From Octopus vulgaris (Eukaryota), in the NCBI GenBank assembly GCA_951406725.2, contig OX597830.1, forward strand, positions 48,236,001 through 48,300,000: a stretch of DNA of 64,000 bases. Direction: 5' to 3'. This document shows, in pieces, positions 14,253-52,020 of this stretch. The first letter of the stretch is position 1, and each line of letters begins with the position of its first letter. A program made the translations under genes and the position numbers. The notes under the pieces are model-generated. The model saw nothing but the letters and a program-made list of their open reading frames with translations, was not told the origin of the DNA and did not search any database.

Positions 14253-14465
14253 CATGTATGTATGTATGTACATACGTATGTATGTATGTATGTATGTATG
14301 TATGTATGCATGCATGTATGTATGTATGTACGTATGTATGTATGTATGTATGCATGCATGTATGTATGTATGATGTAAGTATGAATGTATGTATGTATGC
14401 ATGTATGTATGCATGTATGTTTGTACGTATGCATGCATGTATGTATGCAAGGATGCATGTATGAA
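14168..14465. repeat. (ATGT)n compound microsatellite (mirror 16765-17052); many further (TA)n, (CA)n, (GATA)n, (CATA)n and (TAT)n tracts occur across the window
   Basis: Visible directly in the sequence. Confidence 0.97.
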
Positions 14466-16975
14466 CGAATAGTTAAGTGTGTGGATGTATGTATATTTAT
14501 ATACACCTATACATACACACACGTATACATTTAACCATCCTCGACTTTGCATTCATTAAAATTCACTGTGTGGATGTATGTATATTTATATACACTTATA
14601 CATACATACCCGTTTACATTTAACCATCCTCGGATTTGCTTTCACTACAATTCATTGAGTTAGAAAATATCTTGAGGTTTGATTAGAAAATGTGATTAAA
14701 ATTTAGGTCCGCTTTGGTTCAATACTATTTCTTGGTTTAATCTTAATATCTCCAGCTGTCTCTTGCCTATTTAATTCATTTATGTTTCTTATATATAGTT
14801 TTATATACTGTCGAAAGCTATTCATTTCTTTTTATATCTACTATAATTACTTTACTTTCTCTCTCTCTCTCCTTATTCCTTCCTGTTTTTTTTGTGTGTT
14901 TTTGATAAAATTTAGGACAGTGAATTCCCTGAATTCAAATCTAGCACAATCATTGATATGATACAACATATTCTTTATTTTTACTCTTCATACCGAGCTA
15001 AATTTACCAAGCCCCGGTCTACCATTCAGTATATTTATAATGTGAAAATCTTGTATGTATATTCAGAGTCGAATCGTTGATGTAACCATGCTGTTCTGGT
15101 GATCTGATGAGCTGGCTTCCTTTATTTGCGTTGATTTGTGAATATACACGTGAATCGTAAAATGCATAGCATACATATTGATGCAGGCATGTAAACATAA
15201 TTTTTTATACACTGACATTTTTGTTACATAAATACGGCTGCGAAACGGCCGTAATACAAAGTGGGACAAAGGTTTTAAGAAATATGTTCATCTCTCATAC
15301 ATACTGACATTTTTGGTTTATAAACGCCGCATGAAATAATTTCATCGAACGAATCTCCCTTCACCATATTAAAGCGGAGGGACATGTGAAGAGACTAGCT
15401 TAACGAAACCAAAGTGTATGGACCACACGAGAGAGAAAGCTATTGTAAAGTTTATGTTACGAAGCTATATCACAGGCAAGAGAACATTTCGACAACAAAG
15501 AAGTCATTTATCTGAGAATGTTCCCAGCAGAATAACTAAGTTATAACATGCTTGCTTGCACACAGAAAAAATGCAACAGAATTATGCGATGACAAACAAC
15601 CCTCAATTAAGCCCCGTTGTTCCTTCCAAGGGAGGCAAGAAAAGGCCTGGCGGAAGCATAACTTTAGTAGGGCGCGGAAAATTTTGTGCAAATGGTTGAA
15701 AGGGAGATTTAGAGAAAATATTCGTTTTCTCTTTTTTCAAGCATCATTGCAATGATATATGTTTGCGTGGTCCAACTTGATTAAATCTAAGTACTTGTTG
15801 TTGAATTGACTGTGCCATAGAGAAGGAATCCGGAGTGGAAATATGAAAGAAAGTGACTGAAATATGACGAAGTTCGAAGGTTGTATCAGGCACGAGAATA
15901 ACAGCATACATTGCTTCCAGTAGAGGTGGAAGATGTCTCGATTTTTAACTAAATTGATCAAGGCTGAGCGGGCTGTCAAAGCAAGCAACAAGATCCGTCA
16001 AAACATGTTTTGGATTGAACAATAAAAATGATCAATCGCTGAAAATATTTTCTGACTCAGTGAATTTTAATGAAAGCAAAGTCGAGGATGGTTAAATGTA
16101 TACGTGTGTGTATGTATAGGTGTATATAAATATACATACATCCACACACTTAACTATTCGTTCATACATGCATCCTTGCATACATACATGCATGCATACG
16201 TACATTCATACATGCATACATACATGCATACATACATACATTCATACTTACATCATACATGTTGTATCATATCAATGATTGTGCTAGATTTGAATTCAGG
16301 GAATTCACTGTCCTAAATTTTATCAAAAACACACAAAAAAAACAGGAAGGAATAAGGAGAGAGAGAGAGAAAGTAAAGTAATTATAGTAGATATAAAAAG
16401 AAATGAATAGCTTTCGACAGTATATAAAACTATATATAAGAAACATAAATGAATTAAATAGGCAAGAGACAGCTGGAGATATTAAGATTAAACCAAGAAA
16501 TAGTATTGAACCAAAGCGGACCTAAATTTTAATCACATTTTCTAATCAAACCTCAAGATATTTTCTAACTCAATGAATTGTAGTGAAAGCAAATCCGAGG
16601 ATGGTTAAATGTAAACGGGTATGTATGTATAAGTGTATATAAATATACATACATCCACACAGTGAATTTTAATGAATGCAAAGTCGAGGATGGTTAAATG
16701 TATACGTGTGTGTATGTATAGGTGTATATAAATATACATACATCCACACACTTAACTATTCGTTCATACATGCATCCTTGCATACATACATGCATGCATA
16801 CGTACAAACATACATGCATACATACATGCATACATACATACATTCATACTTACATCATACATACATACATGCATGCATACATACATACATACATACATAC
16901 GTACATACATACATACATGCATGCATACATACATACATACATACATACATACGTATGTACATACATACATACATG

Positions 16976-17007
<32 letters not shown>

Positions 17008-17779
17008 CATACATACATATATACATACATACATACATACATACATACATACGAAGATCCCCAAACAGTTAAAAGAGAGTAGAAAGCCACTGCACAAATC
17101 AATTATTCAGGACTACAAAAATGCGCAACATCAAACCAGTTGCACACTAATGTTTGTGATCCGTTTCAAATGTGGTATATAAGTTTTATCGATACAAAAT
17201 GAATAAAAATCGATCTACCAATCATTCGCATTTCCTACAAATTCCATTGACTGATATTTAACTTTGTTGATTCCGGGAGGATTGACCTCATCGCGATTTC
17301 AGTACAAACTGTAACGAAAAACCGTAACTAAGGACTACATCAGAGGGCGATAACTAAAGGCCATAACAACGGATTATAACAAGGGACGGTAACAAAAGGC
17401 CGTAACTAAGGACAGTATAAAGAGTGGTAAATAAGATCTTACATTTCAGATGATAATGCAGAGAAATTCAAAGATGGAATGATTAAATGTGGAGAACAAT
17501 CCGTAATGAAGAAAGGAAGTAGGAGGGTCGGTGGGGTTATGAGAAATATTAAGACAGGAAATGGTGAGAGGAAGTGGGTTAATAATGAGAGTATTGAGTT
17601 GGGTGGGGTAGTAGAAATGGAAAGTTGGGAGATGAGTGAGAGGGGGGGATTGATAATAATGTGCGTTCAGTTGTCGTTGGTTTTGTGTAGAGATGTCAAA
17701 GTTCAAAGGTACAAGCTGTAGAATTATTGGAGGTTGACAATACAGTTCACGTGTATTATTGCATCTCTCTACTCACTCT

Positions 17780-18135
17780 ACTATAAAGATATGGTGTATC
17801 GGGTATCTGGGTGATGTGATAGCTCTGACAGGGAACATGTGGTGCTGTTCGGAGTAATCCGTCCGCCTTTCTCACATATGGTTCCGCTCCAACAACGGTG
17901 CCACCTCCTGAGAACAAAACAGTTTTCCATGGTCAGAAAGAAAACGCAAACTACGCAAGTCCTGAGCCAACAACTGCTTTCCTTCAATCCCCAGCAGATC
18001 ACCGGTGCCTGGCTTCTTGCGGCAGAGCCTTCTGGACACGCATCAGACTAATCGACCGCAACTAGACACAACTTGTATCTATTTCTGCCATCTGATCTCA
18101 TTAGTCATCGTCGACAACGACGGACGAACTAATAG
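17780..18135 (+). mobile_element. RTE-type LINE 3' remnant (mirror copy ~11985-12340 on the - strand)
   Basis: Degenerate ...DRGTW...KRKLRKS...CGRAF...RIRLI peptide ending in gtcatcgtcgacaacgacggacgaac. Confidence 0.55.
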
Positions 18136-18234
18136 CTAACACAACAACAATAGCTGTCTAAACTGTTCTACATTATCACTGCTTGGTTATAGAATTCGAT
18201 GTTTACACACCTTGATGCGTATATATATATATAT

Positions 18235-18559
18235 AATAAAATATTAGGGAATAAATCCAAACTTACAGGGAAAAATCAGATTTAGAATTGAATCCAATTT
18301 TATACTAAAATATTATATTATATTAAATTAGAGATAAAACCACTATTAGGCAAATCATACAATGAAAAACTTAAGCCAATACATAAGATTAATTAATTTA
18401 TATTATTTAAATATATATCAAAATTATTTAAAAAAGATAATTAATTATCTTTTTTAATAATTTTGATATATATTTAAATAATATAAATTATTAATCTTAT
18501 GTATTGGCATAAGGTTTTCATTGTATGATTTGCCTAATAGTGGTTTTATCTCTAATTTA

Positions 18560-18570
<11 letters not shown>
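18235..18570. mobile_element. Right-arm-specific AT-rich insertion in (TA)n containing a ~260 bp near-perfect hairpin
   Basis: Self-complementary about 18442|18443; related sequence lies inverted at 47391-47480; absent from the left arm (11868-11900). Confidence 0.75.
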
Positions 18571-18612
<42 letters not shown>

Positions 18613-19368
18613 CTTACTACGGCACTCCGTCGGTTACGACGAGGAGGGTTCCAGTTGATCCAATCAAAAGAACAGCCTACTCCTGAAATTAATGTGTAAG
18701 TGGCCCAGCGCTCAACAGACTCGAGTCGACCAAAGCTTTGTAAGTGAAATTACAGAGAAACTGTGTAGAATCCCGTCCAGTTGATAACAGTTGTAATTTA
18801 AAGGTGAAACCGTGTCGCATTGTCTCAGTCTGGTTCTATCTGAGAATTACGTTAAGTGTACACCTATCAATTGAATGTTCTGTGACTTGTACACTAATTC
18901 AATGAGTAAGTTGTCCTGAGGATCGAATTCATCGTCGAAATTAACGGAGATCCACTTAATCATCATATCAAATGTATTTTCATAATTCTTCTCCAAACTT
19001 TATCCACGTCCAAATAAGTTGTATATTACTTGAATCATCGCGTAAGGTGAACATTTTGTAATTTTAATTTCAAATTCTTATCGTCAGTTCTATGTTAGTA
19101 AGATTTCTACTTTGTAATTAACATTGTTAATTTCTGAGAGTGTGCAAGAGATCGTGAAATTGTTTAAATTGCTGATATCATCATTTACCGTTGATTACCA
19201 ATATGTTAGAATGTTGAACATCCCTTTCTACACTGCTTATAGTGTCCCTTCGTTCGGATCTCCTATTGATTTCCTTATAAGTTCTAAAATCACGTCAGCT
19301 TAATAGAAAAAAGAATAATATTCCTCACGGTCATTAGATATGTGTGTGTGTGTGTGTGTGTGTGTGCG

Positions 19369-19415
<47 letters not shown>

Positions 19416-19454
19416 GTGTGTCTGTGTCCACATTCATTCTATTTAGAATTCTCT

Positions 19455-19890
19455 TTCGCGACAAAAGAAAACGAATAATAAAATCAAGGTGTGTGCTGAT
19501 TTTTGCACTGTTTTAAACGAATGTTTTAAAACGTGCCACAATCCGTTACTTTCTACAGAGGATATTTTTGCGAAATTAAACGGTGTCAAGATTTTTTCTA
19601 AATTGGATGTCTCTGACGCGTACCTACAAATTAGAGTTGACGATGAATGCTCTAAATGCATAACAATTAACACACAGGAAAGACTGTATAAATACAACAG
19701 GTTACAATTTGGGTTTAAAAGTCGCACCACCGATTTTTCAACAGATTTTAGATGCAATATTAGTGGATTGTGAATTTGAAATTCCATATCTGGATAATAC
19801 ACTCATTAGAAAAACAAATCCAGATATGAACACGTAGAGCACGTAAAATATGTACTCGAATAAATTAGATTATTACGTCCTTAATTGAGT
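19455..19890 (+). mobile_element. Gypsy/Ty3 LTR-retrotransposon RT fragment, degenerate
   Basis: VCADF..LN...EDIFAKLNGVKIFSKLDVSDAYLQI..DDECSK..TINT..RLYKYNRLQFG and a frameshifted PYLDN.LI motif. Confidence 0.85.
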
Positions 19891-21306
19891 GTACCGATTG
19901 GCAGTGTACTGATCGGAGAGAGGTGAGGGAGACTAATTCTTAAAAGGGAAGATGTTATGGAAAGATTCTGACCACCCACAATGTAACTGAAGGTGGACTG
20001 ACTCATTGTTATAAAATAAAGAACTGTGAGCGATTGGCAGTTCAAGTTGGTAAGCAGTTCACTGTGAGCCGTGATTAAGAGCGTTGAGTCTTATAGTAGC
20101 GAGAGGTTGTTAAATTATATATCGAACACAAGGATATAAGATAATATTACATGGAGAGGACTCGTTGCAAATAGATCAGATTGTTTGCAGCAGCGAAGTT
20201 TCTGTCGTAGAAACTGAGCATTTGTTTCATGATATTCTAAAACAACACGCATGAAGCATGGACCTGAGAGTGAAAGACACCTGAGAGGATGTTGCATGGT
20301 GAACGGACACTGTCAAAGAAGATTCCTAGCGAATTTCTTGAAGAAACATGAGCAAACGACAATGGTTATCCATGCTACAGGTGACGCCATGGTTGGACAA
20401 TACGAGTTATTAAAGTTAATAATAGGTTTGTAGTCCTCAATAAAAAAGGACCAATGTTGTACTTTCAAAGCGCATGTAACTATGCAAATATTTCCGACTA
20501 CCAAGTCAATGAAATACATATTCAAGTAACTCTATAAAGGCTACAAAAACATTAAATTTAATATAAGTAAAAGGAAGATGGACGTTGAAGTTGTACATGA
20601 TGAAAATATATAACAGACCCCATACTGTTATACTCGCTGCCAGTGCAACAGCAAGAATCTGTCTTTTACAGAGAAAGTAATGAGAAAGAAGCGTTAGGGA
20701 GAGTGAAGAGCTGCCTGTCGTAACACGCCTCTACCATCATGGTTTGTCCATTGTAAATGATATAGAAATACAAGACGCCGGTTGCATATTGATATTCCTT
20801 ATCATTATGTGTGTGACAAAGGGATGACTGTTTAGAAACTACACGAGAGATGAGAAGAGAGAATTATTTCAAGACTTTAGTTTCTAAGTCCAAAGAAAGA
20901 AGAAATATTTTATCTGAGATTGTTATTGTTACATGTTGAAGGAGCTCGTATTTTTTGACGATCTTAAAATAGCTGATGGTGTACGATAGAAGTTGGCATG
21001 AAATAGCTGTCATCGTTTTTATAACACAAGTGGAAATATACTTTATAAATGAGTGCGACCCTTTAGTTTCAACTCACAGCAGGAAATGTCACATTTAAGA
21101 ACTATTGGAATTTTTAAAAGAATGAAAAACGGCAAAGTCTTTAGATACGAAATTTATCAATGGTTGCTTTCATTGTTTTTGATAAAGTTGTTGGTATTTT
21201 TGTGTAGTAGTATAAACATGCATACGCATACACATGCAAAAGCACACACACATACATACACGTACTTGCATACACATACACACAGACAGGTACGCACACA
21301 CACACT

Positions 21307-21379
<73 letters not shown>

Positions 21380-21438
21380 TCTGGTGATCTTATGCCATCT
21401 CAATCGTTAAGTCAACACCTTTCCACCAGGAGTATCTT

Positions 21439-21474
21439 TATAAAGTGTATTCAATAGATACAAACACTTCAGTT
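21439..21474 (+). promoter_or_regulatory. Putative core promoter of copy B (TATA box and initiator)
   Basis: TATAAA at 21439-21444 and TCAGTT at 21469-21474, with the A 32 nt after the first T of the TATA box; both motifs are kept in the left arm. Confidence 0.5.
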
Positions 21475-21607
21475 GTGGAATACAATGCCAGCTAATAGCG
21501 ATAAATCGATACGAATTTCATATAATGATTATCCTTCATTAAGAAGATAAATTCAAACAAGTAACATCTCGTTCTTGACAGCTATTTCTACCTAGAAAAC
21601 AGACAGG

Positions 21608-46529
<24,922 letters not shown>

Positions 46530-46637
46530 TGGAATTCACCCCAAAATTATTTACTTCTCAATGAAATGTGAGCAAGACTTCAACGGATCACGTTTGCTAA
46601 TAATAATTATATAAGATAAAATGTGTATTTCTTCATA

Positions 46638-46643
46638 AATAAA
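46638..46643 (+). terminator. Polyadenylation signal AATAAA of copy B
   Basis: About 110 nt after the stop codon and followed by T-rich sequence. Confidence 0.5.
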
Positions 46644-47049
46644 ATCAATTTAATTCAGTTATTTCTTTTGTTAATTTATTTTTATTGCTAACGTTTTTCC
46701 TTTTTAGTCTTCTCTTAGAAATCCATTCACACTCTGGATGATTTATAAGATTATTAAATTTACCCGAGTACCAATAGAACACTTGGGTATTATTTTATCA
46801 ACCTTCAAAGAAAGAAACAAAAAATTAACCTGAAAGCGTTGGGGGTCATAACTAAATACCACAAACCGAATTGTAACACTTCTTACCCATAATCTAAATA
46901 ATATATCAAATAAAAGGCTTGCATTTGGCTGATTTCTGTTGAGAAGTGAAAGGATTTGCAATTCAACCTAAAAAAAAAAACATAAAAGGCCAACAAATTG
47001 TTTCGAATTATATATATATTTTGATATACATACATAATAATAGTTCCCT

Positions 47050-47132
<83 letters not shown>

Positions 47133-47137
<5 letters not shown>

Positions 47138-47343
47138 ATCCAAGCATGAAAACACAAAGCGAAAACATAACAACGCGAGGACGTGGAACAAGTATAGTAT
47201 TATTGGACGCTCAGGAAAGGAAAGAAAGAAGTAGGTTTTAGCGTTTCGAGCGTAGCTCTTCGTCAGAAACATAGGAAAAGGAAAGACCCAGAGAAGGGAA
47301 GACGGAGGAAAAAAATCGTCAACGGTACACACGCGGTCACATT

Positions 47344-47350
<7 letters not shown>
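47133..47350 (-). mobile_element. Penelope-like pLTR remnant in (TA)n with a hammerhead ribozyme core
   Basis: The - strand reads CTGACGA-A-GAGC-tac-GCTC-GAAACGC (47241-47266). Confidence 0.65.
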
Positions 47351-47392
<42 letters not shown>

Positions 47393-47476
47393 TTATATTA
47401 AATTAGAGACAAAATTGGATTCAATCCTAAATCTGATTTTTCCCTGTAAATTTGGATTTATTCCCTAATATTTATT

Positions 47477-47557
<81 letters not shown>

Positions 47558-47572
47558 ATATATATATGTGTG

Positions 47573-47638
<66 letters not shown>

Positions 47639-47899
47639 TATGTATATATATGTATATATATATATATATAATAGGAATGAAAATTGCCTATCTTTCACTG
47701 ACTCATCTGCTTAATACACTTTTCTTTAATTAAAATTGATAATTTAAGTTAAGTAAACACTGAACAGAATATGAACACGTATCAGTTTCTTTATCCTTTT
47801 TTTTTCAACTATTTTTTGAATAATTATTATTTAAAAACATTGACTAAGTTTTTATTAAGAAATATTTAGTCAAAAATATGAAAGCAATGGAAACCTATT

Positions 47900-49101
47900 G
47901 GGAACAGCATCAATTGCGATGAGCTACGTCCCTTCGAAAAGCTAACATTCTTCCACAAGGGAAATAACTCTAGCATCAATAAGAAGGGAGATAACACAGG
48001 GTTGGGTTTTAAAATTTATACACTTGGCCCAACGATATAAACTCGTGAAGCAAAACAAAAAAAGGCATAAATTACTTTTGCTCAACGCACAGGTTATTGG
48101 CAATTTCATGTATGTTTTTGACGGATTCATATATACGTACACCTGTCCAGTGGATGTTAACATAAACCTGAAGATCAGTGAAAAGAGGGATTACTAACGC
48201 TGAACTATTGAGAAATCTGCAGTTACTCTATCCAGATTACAATTCAGGATTTATACCTGTAATTATTGGGGCCCTGGGATATGTAACACACTGCTTAAAT
48301 ATCTATCTTGAGAAATTAAGCTTCTCAAACGCAGATAAGAGAAAGCTAATTCAGAGACGACAGATCCAATCCATCACTGGAACTGTAAAAATCTGTAAAA
48401 CTTTCCAAAATTCATCATTTATATATACATGTACATGTCTATATATGCAACTATATGCATGAGAATGCATACATAAGTCAAAACATACAAATCTGCACAT
48501 ATACATACATACAAACAAAAATACCCTGTTGTTGATGTTGAAATTCCAATGAAGGAGCCTTGAAACTAGGTTAGAAACCGGCTCTTTCTCTATTAGCAAG
48601 AAATCTTGAAACAAGCCATAGCCACTCATAATGAAAAGGAGTAGTGGTGGATTGTCCCAGTGAAGATCTCAGGAAAAGGTAAGCACAACAGACTTGATCA
48701 AATGGTTTGGGTTTGAGAAGAGAAACGGTGCAGAGTCGTGGAAATTAGATGCCCATCGGATGTTAACATAAAGATCATTGGAAAAGGGAACACCTACGCC
48801 GAATTATTGAGAAATCTGCAGTTGCTCTATTCGGATTACAAGTTCAGATTTATACCTGCAATTATTGGGGCCCCGGAATATGTAACACTGTTTAAATACC
48901 AATATTGAGAAATTAGGCTTCTCAAAAGCAGAAAGAAGAAAGCTAATTCGAAGGCGACAGATCCAATCCAACACTGGAACTGTAAAAATCTGCAAAACTT
49001 TCCAGAGGCTTATTTAAATATATATGATCGTTTCTAGATGCAAGTATATGCATTGGAATACATACATACATACATACATACATACATACATACATACATA
49101 C

Positions 49102-49132
<31 letters not shown>

Positions 49133-49900
49133 CATACATACATACATACATACATACATACATACATACATACATACATACATACATACATACATACATA
49201 CATACACGCAAAAATACCCTGTTGCTGATGTTGAAATTCTAATGAAGGAACTTTGAATGTAGGTTAGAAATCAGCTCTTTCGCTATTGACAAGAAATCTT
49301 GAAATAAACCTGAACTATGACATACAAAATGTGAAGCTGGAGATAGAGTGATGTTTGGTGAGAGAAAGTGTTCCCCCTTAACGAGTTGAAAGCTGTCAGT
49401 GTAATTCTGGGGTTTCTGTTTCCTTGTGAACCACTGAGAGTATAGACAGCATCAGAGATACTGCATTCTATCAGTGATAAAACAGTCACTCCTTGTATTT
49501 GACTATGCTCAGTGGAACTTTAGCAAGTCGAAGGGCTTCTAGCATCCACACCAGAGGAACAGATTCAAAAATTTTCTTGTAGTCTAGCCAGATTGAAACT
49601 AGGTTCTTTGTATGCTTCCATACCTCTGACATTTCAGTTTTGTTGATTAACAATTGTTCGGCACATCCCCAGACTCTCTTCTTTCCAGCTGCTTGTTCTA
49701 CTACAATGATGTTTAAACATGCTGTATATATTTTATACATTAATTTCTAGCATGCAATTTGGCCGGTAATTTTTGCCATGTTGGTGGTTTTGCATTTAGG
49801 GATCAGTTTTGTCTCTGCCAGAGCTAACCAGTGTGATGTGCTACACTTCCCATTGAGAGCTTGTTAGTAAAGATTGATAAGATATATTTGGTAGGTTAGC
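47900..49900. mobile_element. Two tandem 3' ends of a Dong/R4-type LINE (+) plus an RT fragment (-); a related 3' end lies at ~40080-40500
   Basis: YAELLRNLQLLYPDY..F.PVIIGALG...QSITGTVKICKTF occurs twice (48140-48620 and 48750-49320); GCAEQLLINK and WLDYKKIFESVP on the - strand. Confidence 0.8.
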
Positions 49901-49994
49901 ATTTGGTACCAATATCTAACAATCAAGTCTCTTCCAGGTGCTTTTCCAGCCTGCACTTTCTTGATAATATATCCGAGAGATCAAGAAAACACCT

Positions 49995-50355
49995 ATCTGC
50001 TCTGCACTGGGCTCTTCTCTGTGCTCTGCTCTGCTCTGCTCTCTGCTCTACCCTGCTCTCTGCTCTGCTTTCTGCTCTATGCTCTGCTCTGCTCTCCTCT
50101 GCTATGCTCTTCTCTGTACTCTGTTCTGTGCTCTGCCCTCTGCTCTGTTCTACGCTCTGTGACCTGCTCTCCTATCTGCTCTGCTCAGTGCTCTTCTCTG
50201 TGCTCTGCTCTGCTCTCCTCTGCTATGCTCTTCCCTGTACTCTTTTCTGTGCTCTGCTCTGTGCTCTTCTCTGTGCACTTCTCTGTGCTCTGCCCTGCTC
50301 TCTGACCTGCTATGTGCTCTACTGTGCTCTCTCCTCTGCTCTCTGCTCTCTGCTA
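49995..50355. repeat. Degenerate (CTCTG)n/(CTCTGTG)n simple satellite
   Basis: Visible directly in the sequence; it generates the spurious Leu/Cys/Ser ORFs. Confidence 0.95.
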
Positions 50356-50810
50356 AATCGTACCTAAAACCCAACATTGCAGATGCAGAAATACATCTAA
50401 CAAAGTATGTTGTATTGCGAAGCGATAGAAAGACAAGAGCCATAGTGGAGTTTCAATTTGTATCCGTGAAGACCTCACGCCCCAGATCCTTTTGTCGCAC
50501 TCAAATTCTGTGTGAGACACACTAACTGTACATATAAGACAACTTGGCATAGTCATATGTACTACATGTCCTACACTAGACACTCCAAATCACATGGACC
50601 TATTCGAAGACTGTCTTGCAAGAACAGAAGAGGTCTTAACCAAACTAGAAGAGCACAGCCGTGTTCTTCTCATGGGAGACTTCAACCTCCCCAATGTGGA
50701 ATGCTTTTTCCTCTGAGAAAACGTACGATGTGAGCAACGTCATTTGGAATCCATGCTCAAATTCACTGACAAGTTATACTTTGAGCAAATAATACTCGAA
50801 TCTGAACTAT
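50356..50810 (+). mobile_element. CR1/L2-type APE endonuclease fragment
   Basis: LKPNIADAEIHL..Y.VLRSDRKTR, HSNSV and LLMGDFNLPNV motifs. Confidence 0.7.
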
Positions 50811-50989
50811 CAGGAAGCAGATTGGAAATCAGTTTAGAAAGAGATCACCCAACGGCACTGATCCCAATGAAACGAAAATTGAGGAGTAAATGCGAACGGT
50901 CTGCAAGCTAATGACGTCATAGCTAAACGGTCCGAATATAGTGAAGGCTATAAATATTTGTGCAGTATAATTGCTTAGATTGACAGCAG

Positions 50990-52020
50990 CTTTTGTAGCT
51001 TGGACAAAAGTTGAATTAGCAAAGCTAGACAGAAGAACTAGGAGGAAATTCGATAGGAATGAAGGACTCCACCAAGGCAGGAGTTACAAGATTATACCTA
51101 CCTAGAAAGGAAGGTGGAAGAGGGTTAATATCAGTGGAAAACTGCGCGGAGTTAGCTAGAATAGATATAGATTCTTATGATGTAGGTAATAGTGAAGAAA
51201 GATTATCAAGAGCTACTAAAGTCGCAACGAGACATAGGGAAACAAAGCGCTAAATGAAGTTAAAAACGAGAAAAATGCGCAAAAGTTGTCTGACTGGCAG
51301 GAGAAGGTGTTTCATGGTAGATTCCCGAAGATACTTACAGCAAATAGTAATAGTGGGACATGTTTGTAGTTTCAGATAGGAAGGCTGAAAAAGACGCAGC
51401 ACAAGATCAAGCGTTGAGGACGAATTAGATAAAAACTACGATAGACAATAACCAAGTTGGTTCCCAATTTCGGTTATGCAAATCAAAAGAGGAAAGTGTG
51501 GCATGCTGGCAGAGAAAAATATAAGAACAGACATGACAACCTATGGAGAGTAATCCATTTGGAATTATGTAGAAATCTAGGATTTCGCCATACTCATAAA
51601 TGGTATGAATATGAACCTAATAAAGTACTAGAAAGTAAGAAATATAAGATGTGGGACTTTCAGACGAACAGAGCATTAGAAACCTGAAGGTCTAAGCAAA
51701 GTGCCAGATAATTGACTTACAGTCCCAAATAATGAGAAAGTCAATATGAGAAGTAAAGAAAAATATCCAAGTACCAGGACTTAGCCATTGAATAACAGAG
51801 ACAAGGGAAAGTGTAAAATTAATCCCAGTAGTTATAGGTGCATTGGGAACCATCCCTAAATATCTGAACTGATAGGTAGAGAGAATAGGCGTGAAACCCA
51901 GTTTAGAACAGCTCCAGATAACAGTGCTATTACGGACTGCTAGAAAACATAGGAATGTTCTTGGCATCTAAGGTTTCTCTGCCGTATGTTCCAGGAAGAC
52001 ACTCAGCAATAATAATCTCA
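50990..52020 (+). mobile_element. Dong/R4-type LINE 3' half, degenerate
   Basis: RLYLPRKEGGRGLISVE, AAQDQAL, YKNRHDNL.RVIH, WDFQT and IPVVIGALG motifs. Confidence 0.8.

Larger units (their letters stand above)
1835..14969. repeat. Left arm of ~24 kb inverted duplication (palindrome)
   Basis: Collinear reverse-complement match to 16259-25724, e.g. the ORF pairs 2021..2464(-)/25094..25537(+) and 12067..12279(-)/17839..18051(+). Confidence 0.97.

Noticed and set aside
14970-16040. Gene or bidirectional promoter in the palindrome spacer
   Set aside because: No convincing ORF or motif; the predicted core promoters lie ~5 kb away in each arm.
14038-17182. Many ORFs rich in HTYI/MYVC/YIYI (also at ~4.0, 5.5, 23.2, 32.6, 39.5, 47, 49, 53, 56 and 60.7 kb)
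   Set aside because: They are translations of (ATGT)n, (TA)n, (CA)n and (GATA)n microsatellites.
49903-50443. Cys/Leu/Ser-rich 154-aa and 114-aa ORFs
   Set aside because: They derive from the (CTCTG)n satellite.
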